A stretch of DNA of 64,000 nucleotides, taken from NCBI GenBank assembly GCA_036172245.1, contig JAYWIR010000020.1:1550001-1614000 (forward strand). The letters are read 5' to 3'. Below, piece after piece: positions 13,073 to 25,540 of the stretch. A program made the translations under genes and the position numbers. Below the pieces are notes generated by a model. That model saw only the letters and a list, made by a program, of their open reading frames with translations. It did no database searches and had not been told where the DNA came from. This stretch comes from Raillietiella orientalis (lineage: Eukaryota). Numbering within the stretch: position 1 is the stretch's first letter; every line of letters begins with the position of its first letter.

Positions 13073-13752
13073 ACTCGGGGCAGCTTTGTGACGTCTGCCA
13101 GAGTACCGCGTGGCAGATTCCTGGAAGCTAACGGAACGGGACGCCAGACAACGGGCGGACGGGACGACAGCCTTCGCTCGCCTCTTTTCCAAACGCATCT
13201 TCTCCATCTTTCATCCGGGGATCTTCTGCGAGTTTTCCGGATGAAAGATCGGGTGCTGCGAGGTACTGCTCCTGAGATCGAGCACCCCCTCGAGGTTTCC
13301 TGGGCGCGCGTGCCTCCGCAATTAGAAGTTGACCCTCCGGGAGCCCTCCAGGAATCAAGGAGCCATTTGGGGTTCCCTTTCGCTTGTGAAAATGAGACCT
13401 CACTACGGAGCTGGTTGATACCTCCCCCCCTCGGGGGTTGCCTCTCCAGAGTGTCAAGAAGCGCGCCGCTCCCTTCGGGGAGCGTCCTCTTCTGAAGGAC
13501 GCTCCCCGAAGGGAAACAGGAAGCGGTTCCCTTGCAGGCTTCCTCCGGAGAAGTGAGGAGTGGTCTCCTGCAGAGGGTCCCTCCGGATAGAACAAGGGAG
13601 AGGCTCCCTTCGAGGTTCCCTCCTAAACGTAAGAGGAACGCCCCAGACGTAAGAGGGCTCCGAAGGTCCTTCCTTGATTCATAGGGTGGTCGCTGCGTGG
13701 TTGCCTCCTCATCGAGTTGCACACATCCTTGGGTGGTGGAGCTTTGTGAACC
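13073..13752 (+). mobile_element. tRNA-headed SINE-like element, copy D (opposite orientation)
   Basis: Reverse complement of 13330-13750 aligns by eye with 25750-26240 and 47230-47560 (gaccaccctatgaatcaaggaagg; tccggagggaccctc; ccccgaagggagc; ctctggagaggcaacccc; ggtatcaaccagctcc); degenerate head near 13075-13125. Confidence 0.7.
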
Positions 13753-13769
13753 CCCCGTGTGGCTGCATC

Positions 13770-14070
13770 ATCGAACCACCCCGATGCCCTCCCTAAGAGG
13801 TGGAACGGACTTCATCCACCTCCTGGTACTGCTCGTTCTTCCGAGCGCCTCTCCAGCCGAATCTTCGATGGGAGCACTTCCTTGCTTCCTGCCATCCTCA
13901 CATCCGCTATATTCCCGGAGGAGGGCTTCCTTCAGGGAGCACCACCAAACTGAGTTCGCGATTTTCAGGAGCCCTCTAACGGCCCTCCCGTCCTGTAGGT
14001 CTCCTCCGTCGGTCATTTTTCTTCGCACGCATCGCGAAAAGCTCGGAGGTGCCCATCCGAAGGCAAGCCA
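13770..14070 (-). mobile_element. Degenerate gypsy integrase zinc-binding region
   Basis: GLLKIANSVWWCSLKEALLREYSGCEDGRKQGSAP resembles MKALARSYVWWPGLDxDIExxVKSCxxCQxxxSAP. Confidence 0.45.
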
Positions 14071-14613
14071 CCTGTGAGTGAGGAAAAGGAAACCCTGGAC
14101 AAGGTACCTTTACCCTTCGTGACCAGGGCGTCAGACGCACGCCTCCTTGGTGACCGCTCCAAGAAGACGTCTTCTCGTACTCTCGCGAACATCCCCTGTG
14201 GAACCAACAACAGCCCTGGAGTAGACGGTCGCTTCAAGATATTGGCATTTTCAGGACAAACCCGTCCTTGCTACAAATTCCCCCGCAGGAGGTGAAGTGG
14301 CTTCCTGTGTGTTGGGACAGTACTGCTCTCCCGCTTAAGTGGGTGGAGTCGGTGATCCTGCTGTTGCATTGTGGCCTCCCGTGCAACTCCCGCCGACGTC
14401 ATTGGACCCGGGGGAGCGCGAGTCCAAACTGCAGCAGGCGCGGAGAAAGAGAACCTGCTCATGAATTGTGTTGCCCTCTTTCCCCTATTGCAACTCTTTG
14501 CTCATCCCTGCGGATCCTCGAAGGGAACTCCAGAGACGTTTTGAAGCTCCTCTTCCTACCACATTCCTAGCAGCATTGCTACCTACGCGGCGGGACCGTG
14601 GCCGAATGGAGCA

Positions 14614-14873
14614 ACGCCAGAGGAGGCCACCACGATAAAGACTGTTTCATCTGTTTTGCTTCCCTATTCTTGAGGATAGCGTCAAGATGGCCCCATCTAG
14701 GAATCATAAAACAGGAACTTGCCAGCATCCTGCAAAGGATGCAGAGGGCGCTCTTCAGTGAACAGTGATCTCTTCCCGAACTCTCCCAATTTTTTGTGCA
14801 TATTTTTTTGCTTTATTTGTCTTTTTGTTTGTCCCTCCTCCTCTGCTGCCGAGGCGAACCCTGCCGACCTGCG
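14614..14873. repeat. Diverged direct repeat, copy 1 (partner 16520-16784)
   Basis: Colinear shared blocks: caagatggc; gcatcctNcaaaggatgcag; T-rich tract; ctttttgtttgt..ccctcct..ctgctgccg.ggcg.acc. Confidence 0.8.
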
Positions 14874-14904
14874 TGCCTGTTCTCGACAGGTTCATTTTTG
14901 TTGG

Positions 14905-15264
14905 CAGTGGTACCTCGGTACTCATCGGTAATTCGTTCCGGAACTCGAGACGAGTGCCGGAACCGACGAGTACCGAACGAGTTCCTTTCTAGGCTCGGTG
15001 GTGGTATTATTCTTAACCATTTTAGGACCCATGATTAACGCTTAAAATGCACAGGAAGCACAAAAGGCAACGATTCGGGAGACAATCTATGGTAGTGTTT
15101 GACACTGTTCGCGAGCTACCTTGAGAGGTTCACTCATTTCATCACGAGAATGGGATGTCGAGTTCCGAGCATGAGCCGAGTTTCGAAACATGTTTTTCTT
15201 GTCAAAATGCGACGAGTACCGAGTTTGACGAGTTCCAACTCCGTCGAGTACCGAAATACCACTG
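14905..15264. mobile_element. pogo/Tigger-like (Tc1/mariner superfamily) MITE, 360 bp
   Basis: TIRs cagtggtacctcggtactc (14905) and gagtaccgaaataccactg (ends 15264), 17/19 match; TA follows the right end (left TA absent); subterminal gacgagtaccga repeats; no transposase ORF. Confidence 0.8.
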
Positions 15265-15479
15265 TATTTGTTACGTGGCAGGGTCAAGCGTTCTGCCACT
15301 TACTTGTATGTTTATTTTATATAAATAAACGTCCCGGAGCAACCGGGTATCAAAACGTCCTTGACCTTTAACGAGCGACTCTGCAAGCCGAGGTAGCCAA
15401 AAGAATTCAACCCTGGCAAGGTGGCCATCTCATCAAGGTGAACCTTCAATAGTGGTCGATGATTCTGCCTCCGAATACA

Positions 15480-16120
15480 CCATGCTGCGCAGATTCACTC
15501 CAGCACCCGTGCTGTTTCACTCTGAGCTTCCTGGTTGATCCGATACACAGAGCTCGTCCTTCTTTGGACTTGATCTACGCTCCCGTGGCCAGAATGGCTC
15601 TTGCGGTACGGAAGCAGAGCCAAAAAGCCCTCGTGCAGGCTCTGCCTGCGCTCACTTTGTATCCTTGCAAGGGGTGCTCCGACCTGCACTCAGAGTCCCC
15701 TGATCGAAGACAACACAGATCAACCCGAGATCAGTGAGGTCAGTGCTAGCTGACTGTGTGCCGCCAGACCGTCTTAGATAGGGACTCTCCACCCGATGAC
15801 TGAAGAAGGACAGCTGAGTGATTTATCCCGGATCAGCTTCCGGGATAAATCACTGCATCCTTCCGTTCGGAAGGAAAAGAGGAGAAACAACGTCTCAAGG
15901 CAACTATCGCCTCGTTGCTCGCGGCAGTCCAGGTCCCAGGGCAAACATCGGAAACGCAGAAACAATCGAGACAGACCTCTCCAGCCCAAGAGCAGCGCTG
16001 CCCTCCCTTAGGGAACATATGGACAGCAACCGCGCAGCAAAATGGGAAGTCAGTGCCGAAATCTCCGGAAGGAGGAAAAGACTAGGCGAGTTGACGACGG
16101 ACCAGCTAACGTACACTGCG
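15480..16120 (-). mobile_element. Degenerate gypsy RNaseH-integrase relic
   Basis: SHSGHGSVDQVQRRTSSVYRINQE resembles LHxGHxGxxKxKRRARxSVYWPGINxE; upstream VIYPGS resembles IxYxPGK. Confidence 0.35.
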
Positions 16121-16519
16121 ACTCCCGCCTCGTGAACTTTGGCGCTCGGGTGAGCTACTGGGACTTACGGTGGGGGATCTGCAGTGGTCCCCGGTGCTTG
16201 TAGGCATCCGCACCCTCCCCTTGAAGTGGAAGGAGTCGGCGCTGCTTCTATTACACTAAGGTCACCTGCCAGCATTACTTGACACGGGGAGATGTGGACC
16301 CCAGCTGTGGCAGGTGAAGGAAGCAGAAATCTCTCCCGCACATGTTAGTGAACTGTGCTGCTCTCCGTCCCCTCTGAGTACGCTTTGCCGCGACCTTAGG
16401 ATGGACCGGCGGATACTCTAGGGACGCTTTACGACCTCTCCTCCTACGCAATGCCCTTCGGCCAGCATCCTCGCTAGCAGCACTCTGCTGCCTAGGCGAG
16501 ATTATGGCTGCCCAGAGAC

Positions 16520-16784
16520 ACGCAAGAGGAGGGCACAGCGATAGGGATGCCATCCACTTGGCCGTCCGCTTCATGAAGATGGCAACAAGATGGCTCCACC
16601 TGAGTGCAACAAGAGCTTGTCGGCATCCTCCAAAGGATGCAGGGGACCGCTCCCAGCGGAACGTGACCCCTTGCCGCATCACCACCCCACCCACAAATTT
16701 ATTTATTTATTTTTCTTTTTGTTTCTTTTTTCTTTTTGTTTGTTCCCTCCTCTCTGCTGCCGTGGCGGACCTCACCGGTCTGCG
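16520..16784. repeat. Diverged direct repeat, copy 2 (partner 14614-14873)
   Basis: Same colinear blocks as copy 1. Confidence 0.8.
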
Positions 16785-16869
16785 CATCTTAACGCAACAG
16801 ATTTGATCTGAAAAGGACGTGGATGGACCACCGGCTCAACCACAGGGATTGTAAATGTTTTTTTCTTAT

Positions 16870-18950
16870 ATATGAAATAAACTCCCCGGCGTACCCAGGT
16901 GAGAACTTTAGCCCATGAGAAGCACCCTTCTCAGTGGCAACGGCGTCAGCTGATTCAGCGCCTGAGTGCGTCACACCTGCTCCTCCTTCCAGTTCGTCTC
17001 CTCGCCCGCGTCCTCGAGACTTCGTCCCGCTCCGGATCCCAGCGGGTCAGCCCGTCATGGGCCTCAGACGCCGTCCTTCATTGAAATACTTCTTGGAAGA
17101 GCTCCGAGCTGGCGGACCCGAAGGTCGAGAGCAGGCAGACGAAAGGGAATGCGGCTGACAAGAAGCGCTCCAGAGGCTGCCGTTCTACGGGAGCCAGGTG
17201 AAATTCGCGGGGTCCTCCGAGAGGAGTTTCATCCTGCACGGTGCGAGCCCTCCAGTTCACTCCGATCCAGTGAATGAGCAGAAGCCGAACGGGCAGAGGA
17301 GCCCATGCGGGCGTGAGTGGTCACCACGGAAGAGACGTGAGCGGACATAGCGGTCCGGGTAACGGGAAAGCACCGGGAGCAGCATGTTTCGCTTCACAGT
17401 GTACGCAGAACGCCCCCCCTGGGAAGTAAACCGGAGCGACGCGCCACCTAGCCATGGGCGAGCTGCGCGCCCCTCGAAGTGGTAAAGAGGCCAAGTAGGT
17501 AGTCCTCCACTGAAGAGCCCGCGAGGAGCACCTTGGAAGAGAAGGGGAGGGGGGCAGCAAGTATGAAACCAAGAAATGCAAGAGAAAAAGGAGACGAGTG
17601 AAAGGGCAGTGTGGGGTAGGTACTCATACACACCAGTGAGGATTTGCGAGCCCTGAACCGCGGGCGGAGAGGGAGCACTGGAAGTACGGGTTAGCCAGGG
17701 CAGCAGGCTGGAAGACGAGGCGCTCGATCCCCATGTATGAGGGGAGGCACCTCTTCCGTGGGATTCTCGAAGGGCAGCAGTTTACAGCAGCAGCGAGGGG
17801 ACCACGGCCAGTGGGCACTTTTCGCTCTGCTCCTTTTCCTCCCAAGGCTCTGCTTCTGCTCCATATTCCCCCCATTCCTGCGGCCACGATTCACTTCAGA
17901 AGGCGTAGAAAGGATCGGGAAAGGAGGAGGAAGAAACGAGTGAGCAGCCATGGCCATCCCTTCTGGACACTCTCAGTGGCAGCTTTTCTTGCCGAGTGCT
18001 CTCAGTCCTCAGGAGCCGAAGGCAAGGGCTAAGTAGGATGAAGGATATCCGCGGGCGGAAGGAGGAGGAGGAGGAGAAACGAGATGCAGCGATGACGAGC
18101 CCTCGGGAATTCGAATTGACTTTCTGGCCACGGTGTCCGAGTTCTGCTGATTCTTCATTCTTGCTCTCGACCAGGTCCAGCAGACCACAGACCGATGGTC
18201 CGTTCTGGAAGGGTCGGTGGAAAGTGTTTGAACACGTCTTTCGAGGCCGTTAAAACACCGGAGAGATGTACGGTGGCCTGGTGACCCCCGCTCAGGTGAC
18301 CTTCTGTCGGGCGACCTCACACCCTGAACTGATAGCTCCTGTCCGTTTGGATGACCACCATATTGAAACCAGAGAGGGGTGTCACTGGCCGGCTGTCTCT
18401 GGTTCCAGTGCTTCAGCGAAGCGCACGCTGCCATCCCTCGCAGACAGGCGACTGTCGCAAGGGCGCTTCCCGGATGAGTGGTCCCGGAGCAACCTGGGGC
18501 GGGCGCGGTCTCGCGCCGCTTCGCTTGGAGGAGTGGATCTTGCCTTCCAGCAGACGGCGGACTCGGACGGAATAGACGGGAAAGCTAGGAACTGTGCGTC
18601 GTGAAGCATCCGGCCGCTCAAGATGCCAGGTGCAAGAAGAGACGCGACCTGGAGGTGGCGGCGGGGCTTTTTCTCCAGTGACCTCCAGAGGGAATCGCGG
18701 GAATCCACCTTGCAGGAGGTTAAGCGACGCTTCCGGATGACCCGGAGGCTTCGCTTCCCCTCCGATTCCCTCAACAACGGGCTGCGTTTAGGAATATCTG
18801 TTCGGCCGGATGGACCCCTCAGACGTCCTCGGACGGAGAACACAGCCTCGCCACGGGATGATTCTCTCCCTTGGACTGGTTGGTCGGAAGGCACACGTCC
18901 GGGAGGATGTGGGTTGCCTCCCGCGAGAGAAAGCCCGGAAATTCCGGGAA
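16870..18950 (+). mobile_element. Degenerate Ty3/gypsy pol (RT-RNaseH-IN)
   Basis: In order across frameshifts: QLIQRL (QTFQRL); FYGSQVKFAG..HGASP (FGQSEVKFLG..GISP); MYEGRHLFRGILEGQQFT (IYEAVRHFRHxLEGRQFT); STRSSRP..KVFEHV; SHP..CHWP; QEVKRRFRMTRRLRFPSDSLNNGL (integrase core). Confidence 0.65.
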
Positions 18951-20699
18951 TCATCTCGCGCGGAGAGCACGGAAGAAGGTTGTGCGCCCTTCTTCTCCCG
19001 TGTGGCACTTCGCAGCAGGGAAGCCGCCGCGACCCTCTCGAGGGTCTCCTTGCACTCGGAGGGTCACACGAGTGCTCACTCTTCAAGTCTTCTGTTCTCC
19101 GGTTACCTCGCTCTCTCTCCCTTCTTCTCCCGAGGGCGAGCCCTACCCAGGGAGAAAAGAGCGTTTGTTCGTTCCGCTTCCTGACCTGCAGCGCCCCTGG
19201 GGGTTAGCGCTGTCCCTTGCATTGCCTGTCGAGCGAGCAAAACGTAAGGGAAAAGGGGAAATGTTGGCTTCCCTCGGGAAGGCCCCGACATGATCTCGTT
19301 TCTGCAGACGACGTGAACCTGCTTCCTCGATTCCTAGGAAACGGTGGAGGCACTGCATGTACTACCGAAGGGCCCCGAAGGGCGGAGCCCCCAAACTGCA
19401 ATGGAGGGCGACCTCGTCCCGTGAGCTGCAAGAAGAGCTCCTGGCCTGAGGTGGCATCGAGTCACGAGAGCCTGCGCGCTCTAAGGTGCGGAGGCAAGCG
19501 CGGTGGTTGTGAGGTGACCACCTCCTCTTCTTTCTTCCCCGATACGCGTTTTCAGCGCAATCTGCCCCTCTGCAAAGGCGATTTGTCTCCGCAAGGCAGA
19601 TTCCTCACGGGATGGGCGCGTTGCCGCCGTTCACACGGGACGGGGGACGCCTCGGCGGGAGTCCCGCGCGCTCCCCACGAGAGGTGGGCCGACGCCATTG
19701 TGTTCCTCCACGCGTGAGGGAGCAGATGTTCCCCGAAATCGCGCGCGCGCCCGGAGGTGCGGCCACTGCCTCAGGGACGGAGTATCCCAGCGTGCGTGCG
19801 CTTCCGCCATTGTTCCCGGCGGGGGCGCGCTGCAGGAATGAAAAGACTAATTCGAACGGCGCGGGCGTGCGCTCTTCCCCTTCACACTGCTGCCTGACCG
19901 ACCGCTGCGGGTTGACGTTTCCCCGCAGGACGCATCAATTGGAGAGGGAAGGGAGCCTGCTCCTCTCACAAGAGATCCCTTCCTGCTGGTCGCATCACAG
20001 GCCATGTTGCTCCCGTCCCTTCGATTGAGCGTGTCTTTCCCGTATCGCCACCCATGGTGGAGCCGGAAGTGCTGGGCCAAGGATGTCCTCCCCTGCGCGG
20101 TCCCCGCCACGAGGAAACCCAGGAGCCACTCAGAGGAGATCCGGCCTCTCCAAACGGATTTTCATTCTGAGACTTGTGGACCATCCCGATCCGTGGTCCT
20201 GGTCACCTCCTGGTCAGCTTGCAAGAAAGGGAGACTGCAGCTGCTCCGCTCCTGGGATGCTGGTCGATAGACCAGGCAGGCGGGGGCCGGCGATACTGCA
20301 CTGAGTGACCACGAAAATCTGCCAAGGGAGAGGGAGTTTCTCCCAGTCCAGCCCGACGACCCTGTGATCCTCCGCCTCGCACCTCTAGTCTTGCAATCCC
20401 CACTCCTCCTCTTATCCGAACATCGCGCTTGCTATTGGACTCAACAGTGCCCTACTTCCCCTCCCTCCAGCAGGGAGGATTGCACAGGTGCGGAGACAGG
20501 CATGGCAGTTGCGAGATGACCACCTCCTCCTTCCTTCTCTTCATCCTTCTCTCTTCCCACCCCACCCATCCCACTCTCTGCAGGGAGGATTGCCAAGCAT
20601 TGCCTAGAAGCCGAGGGTGGCTGCACCGGTCGAGGACAGACGCAGCTAGAGGCGAGCGGAGGTGAAGACTCTGACAATAGACAAGCAAGGCATGATGGC

Positions 20700-21200
20700 G
20701 GCAGCAGCGGCAACGAGAGGGCTCTGCAGGAACCACCTCTTTCTCCCGGGACAAGGGCAGAGGGAGGAGTCCGGGTTTCGGTGGCGAGAGCGAAGACCCA
20801 GGATAAGAGGGACTCCCTCGCCCCCCCGAGCAGGCCGGATGCGTCGTTCTGGAGAGGCAGGGGAGCGAGAAGACCTTCTCAAGAGCGACGGGCGGGCAAA
20901 TTCCGGCTTCTCCCAGAACGAGATTAAGTGCGCCCGACGCCGGGATCTCTTCCATGGAGCCCACGAGAGAACCAGATGGGCTCCGGCTGCTACAGAAGGG
21001 GCGGCGGGAGGTCCATCTGTCGCCGTCCCGCGCAGCTCCAGCCACATCCGTTCGAGGCGCCTCCCACAGCTGCTCCTCTTCGCCGAGGGTCGCCCCAGAC
21101 CCATTGGATGGAGAGTGGCGGCGGGCGCGAAGGCCAAGAGGGTCGTCGTCGCTCCGTTCCACCACACGCTCAGGCGCCTCCTTTGGCGCTCGGCAAGTGC
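20700..21200 (-). mobile_element. Possible gypsy integrase relic
   Basis: RHSPSNGSG...RRPFCSSRSPSGSLVG resembles YHPQSNG...RxTPxxxGxSPAELLMG. Confidence 0.22.
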
Positions 21201-24200
21201 TCTGGCGCTTCGTTCCCGCCGGTCGGAGGTCTTCCGGGGGGGAGGCGTCAGCTGAGGCGCGGATTCCCGCCACCTTTCGCTCGCTACCACGGCGCGGCGG
21301 CTCGCTGCGGCTCCTGCTGTTGCCTTCCATGCTTTCTGGCAAGCTCTCTCCCGATCCTTTCGGGTCCTGGCACCATCTCCAAGTTCTCAGGTTGCCCGTG
21401 CTTTCCCGGTGCGATTTCGTCGCCCCCATGGTATTCGTCGAGCGGTTCCGCGATCCAGAAACGACCCTCCCGTTCTCTCCAGGTCTCTCCTCTTAGCATT
21501 CTTCTCCTCCTTCATTTCTCCTTTCCGTTGATCTCCCTCGCTGTCGCTGCCTTAGGCAGGGACCCTCCCGCCTCACCTTCCAGGATTCTCCGTTCAATTG
21601 TCTTCTGCCCCTGAAAGTTCCAGGAATCGCCTAGAGCTCCCTACCGCCATTCTCATCCCCTTCAGCGTCTCGACATTCTCCATTCGCCATTCTCCTGGGT
21701 GCGACTGCTGCTCTCCCGTGAGGACTGCTGAACCGAACTCGAACGAGCAGCATCGGGGGAACCAGCGGGCGGTAGCTTCAGGGACCGGAAGGAAATCCCA
21801 ACCTAGGATGCCCTTCCTGTGCGACCGGGGACAGAGCGACGCGTCTTTAAGAGGATTCCAGTCTCCCTCTGGAACCGCCTCCGCCGCCTGAACCGCCGAC
21901 GGGGGTACCCTCCGTTCGTCGGACTCGCCGATTCTGGAGACTCTGGAGGGCGTCCCGGAGCTCCTTGGACCGGGACGCGGATCTTCTTCCCCTCCTTACC
22001 ATCCGGACCCTCGGGAACGCCCTTCTGCTTCCAGAGAGCGTGAGAGCCCGCCTGCAGGAGGGAGGGGGTTCCTCCCATGGCGGGTCCCGCCCGAAACCGC
22101 GAGCAAGCCGACCGGGGATCCGTTCGGTCCACCAGGAAACATTCCGCGGCATCTCCGAACGGGAAGCTTCGCTCACATTGACTTCGAATCCAGGAAGGGA
22201 AGAGAGGAGGAAATGACTCGGTCCAGAGACCACGACTCAGCGGAGCGATCCGGAGATCTCCGGGAGATGAGGGGGAGAGGCACGCGCGAGAGGGCCTCCC
22301 GCCCAACCTCTCGACCTTCGTGTGCGCCCAGGGGGCGATGGGAAGGACCCACCCGTCCTCGGGGCTGCGGACGAGATGCGACCCCCCTCCTAGGAGAGTG
22401 CGCGAGGTTCGTGCGGATTCGGGCGTGCCGCCCGCCCTTCACGAACTTCGTGAGAGCGCCGGGCTTAGGCGGACCTCACATGGCGACGGGCGGGGAGGGA
22501 GGGGGAGAGGGAGGAGAATCTCCCGGACCGGCCGTCGCCTTTGCCGCTGCCGCAGAGATTCTTCTGTTGCCCGACGATAGCCGCTGTCGCTGCGCCCACG
22601 CGGCCGCGGAAAGCCCGCCCCGAGGGCTTAGCTCCATCGGGATAGAGCCGGAAGATCGATCCTACAGTCAGGTGAGAGATGCTCCCGTCCTCCTCTCCGA
22701 GGGAGCGCATTTTTCTTCCTCCGGGTCCATTAGCGGGGGCGGGAAGAATGGTCAGAGGGACCCTTTCAACGTCCTCCGACTGGGGGAGGGAGTGGTCGTC
22801 TCAGGTCCCGAGTTCTCCATGTGCGCAGCACATGAACGGGTTCTCACAGCTGGCGCGCGCGCGCGCGAGGGGGGCGTGCGCGGTGATGGCCGCAACTGCG
22901 CGCGCTGCCGGAAGTCAACGAAGGCACCCCACGTGCGAGCGGAAGCACAGCCTTCCTCGTTTCCGCATCGCGAGGTCGGCTTCCGCCCACCAAAGGTCAC
23001 AGGCCTCCCCTCCGCGTTTCCAGAGGACCAGAGCCCTCGGACAGAGGGGGCTCCCCTGGCACGACCCCCTCTCGGTGTGCGGGGCGGACCGGAAGGTGCG
23101 AAGAGGCTGACGGGCGGCGACTTCTCAGGGTGCACTCTGCATGCTCCGACTGGGACTGGGGAGGCGGCGCACAGAAGTAAAAGGCTTTGCTCCCCGGGTT
23201 CGGAGCGGGCGTCGCGCCGAAAGGGCCACTCGCCTTCGTCGACGCCGACGGAGCTCCCGGAGGAGCCATGAGAAGGCGCCCCTCCCTTTCCTCCTCCTCT
23301 CTACCGCGATTCCGATCGGAAGGGGAAACGCGCGCGGCTCTCTCCCGCCGTTTCGAAACGTCCTCGTGGTATCTCGGAGCCGGCGCTTATCTCCCCGTAG
23401 CCATCGGGGAGATCTCCAAGGCGATGGCGGAGCTTTCCGTTCCCTCCCCTTCCTCCCTCGCCGCCGCCTCTCCTCCTTCAGTCTAGTAGGGAGAGCCGGC
23501 CTCCCCACCTGACCGTGCACCACGGCAGGAACCACGCAACAGAAGCACGTGCGAATTCCTCTTCCCTCAGGCAGTCATCCCTGGTCTACCGCCACCTTTC
23601 TCTCTCACGCGCGCGGGTGCAGGAACGCATGCGCCCAGCCAGGAAGAGTAGGCGGTTGCAGAGGATGGCAAATCGACACAACAGTGGCGCGCTGCTATTG
23701 CGTGAAGGCGGCTCGCGCGTAGGACACGCACCCCTCCCCCAGGCAGGGCGACGCGCGCGCACTCCGCGGCGTGGGTTCCTCGGAGCGGTACTGCTGCGTT
23801 CTTCACATGCGGTCACTTAAGCTGTCATCGCGCCCTGTAATTACCGGTTCCCCGAGATCGGATGAGGTCCGAATGCTGAGGAGGATACCCAGCAGTGCGC
23901 GCGTGCGCGCGCGCGTAACGAGCTCCCACATTCTTCGGCTCTTCCGCTCCGTCTGGTCGGAGAGACTTCCCCCTCCCCCCCTTCCTCACTGGGGACAAGA
24001 GCCGCGCGCACCCCTCGCGATGACGGTAGCCGCAGAGGGGCGCGCACGCGCTTCGGAGGACTAGGACGAGGCGTCGGAACACGCGAGGGCGAGCGAGCGT
24101 GCGCGATCACGCGCGGGGTGGGAGAGCTCGATGGCTGGGAAGGACGACATCCCGCGTAGCATCCCTGCGGCTGCCTTCACACTGCGAGCCTTCTTCCCGT

Positions 24201-24714
24201 CCTCCGCTCCAAGGTGCTGCACCGCGGGCTGCCCCCCAGATCGTTGGTCTCATGGCGCCCATCCTCGCAGTCCACCTTCGAGTCTCGCAGCTTTCAGTTT
24301 GGGTAAGTCAGAGATCGCCTGGCAACGGCGCTCTCTCTCTCTCTCCGCCTCCTGCCTGATGGGATTTGCGGTTCCGTTTCGAAAGAGGCAAAGCCCGCAC
24401 GATCAGATCGAACCCGCCTGCTCACGCGCTTACCTCCGGGACGGGCGCGATGAAGTTTCAAGATGGGTGAGTAGGGGCGCTCAAAGGTTCCCGGAAGGCG
24501 CCGCCGCCCCGGAAGACGAGTTTGCATCCCGCCCGCGCTCCGGATGCGCAACCCGATCGGGCCCAGGGAGTAGGGAAGCCGCCGCAGGCACCTTCCTCGT
24601 CCCGGACTTCCCCTGTCCGCGAAACAACAGCCGCGCGACAGCGAGCAGCGCACCCACTCGAGGACGCAGCGGAATGCGAGAACCCTCTCGTCTTCTCGTT
24701 CGCTAATCACCAGT

Positions 24715-25540
24715 TCAACAGAGTGCCCCTCTCGCTGCTGCCACCCGGGCTAGAGGAGAGCGGCGCGCGAGGAGTGGAAGAGCTATCGGACCAAGCGGAG
24801 ATCTCCGGGAGGCTGCGTTCTCTCGAAAGCCGCTCTGGACCGCGTTCGGCGGAAGTCCTTCATTCCCGACGAAAAATTTGCCTAACGGGTGGACCGACGG
24901 ACACGTTGGCCTTTCGGCGGCTCGAGGTGACCGTCGACTGGGACTCGAGAAGACACTCAGAGCGAGACCACGATCCTTCGGGTTCTCGTAAGGAGCATCG
25001 CACCTTACAGAGTCCAGGCGAGCTTTCGGGAATGCGAACGTCGCCTTCCTGGGCGTGAGCGCTGGGAGGAGTTCCGCCAAAGGGAGCTCGAACGAAAAGG
25101 CAGGAGGGTCTTGCGAGGGATCCAGGCAAAGATGGGAGAGCGGGAGGCTCGCGTTTCGGTTGGCTGGCAACGAGGCTTACGGGTGACCGGGAGAGCCACT
25201 TCCTCCGTGCTTCAGGCGGGAATTGGGTGCAAGGCTCTCCCGCACCCGGTCGCGGCTTCCCGAGACGAGACGACGGCCAGCTGGCTCGCAAGGGGAAATG
25301 GCAGGAAACCAGCCCCTGTTTCCGGGATAGCTAACGTGGCAGGAAGAGCAGAGTCCTCGGCACTTCGACTGGGCAGCGGGATCCCCACTTTCGTCTCCAG
25401 GAAGACAGGAGCGAACGCCTACCGACGGCGATGGAGGAGGTCGACCTCTCTCTTCGGCGCAGTGAGGTTCCCACCAGCAGGAAGCCTTCGAGCATCGGCT
25501 GCGGGATGGCTCCCTGTCGCGAAAACTCGCCTGGACCCTC
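24715..25540 (-). mobile_element. Degenerate gypsy RT-RNaseH relic
   Basis: SKCRGLCSSCHVSYPGN (EKCxF..VEYLGH), then VRCDAPYE..GLALS..AAERPTCPSVHPLGK..NEGL (CDASPYGxGAVLS..GxERPIAFASRTLSK..KEGL). Confidence 0.55.
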
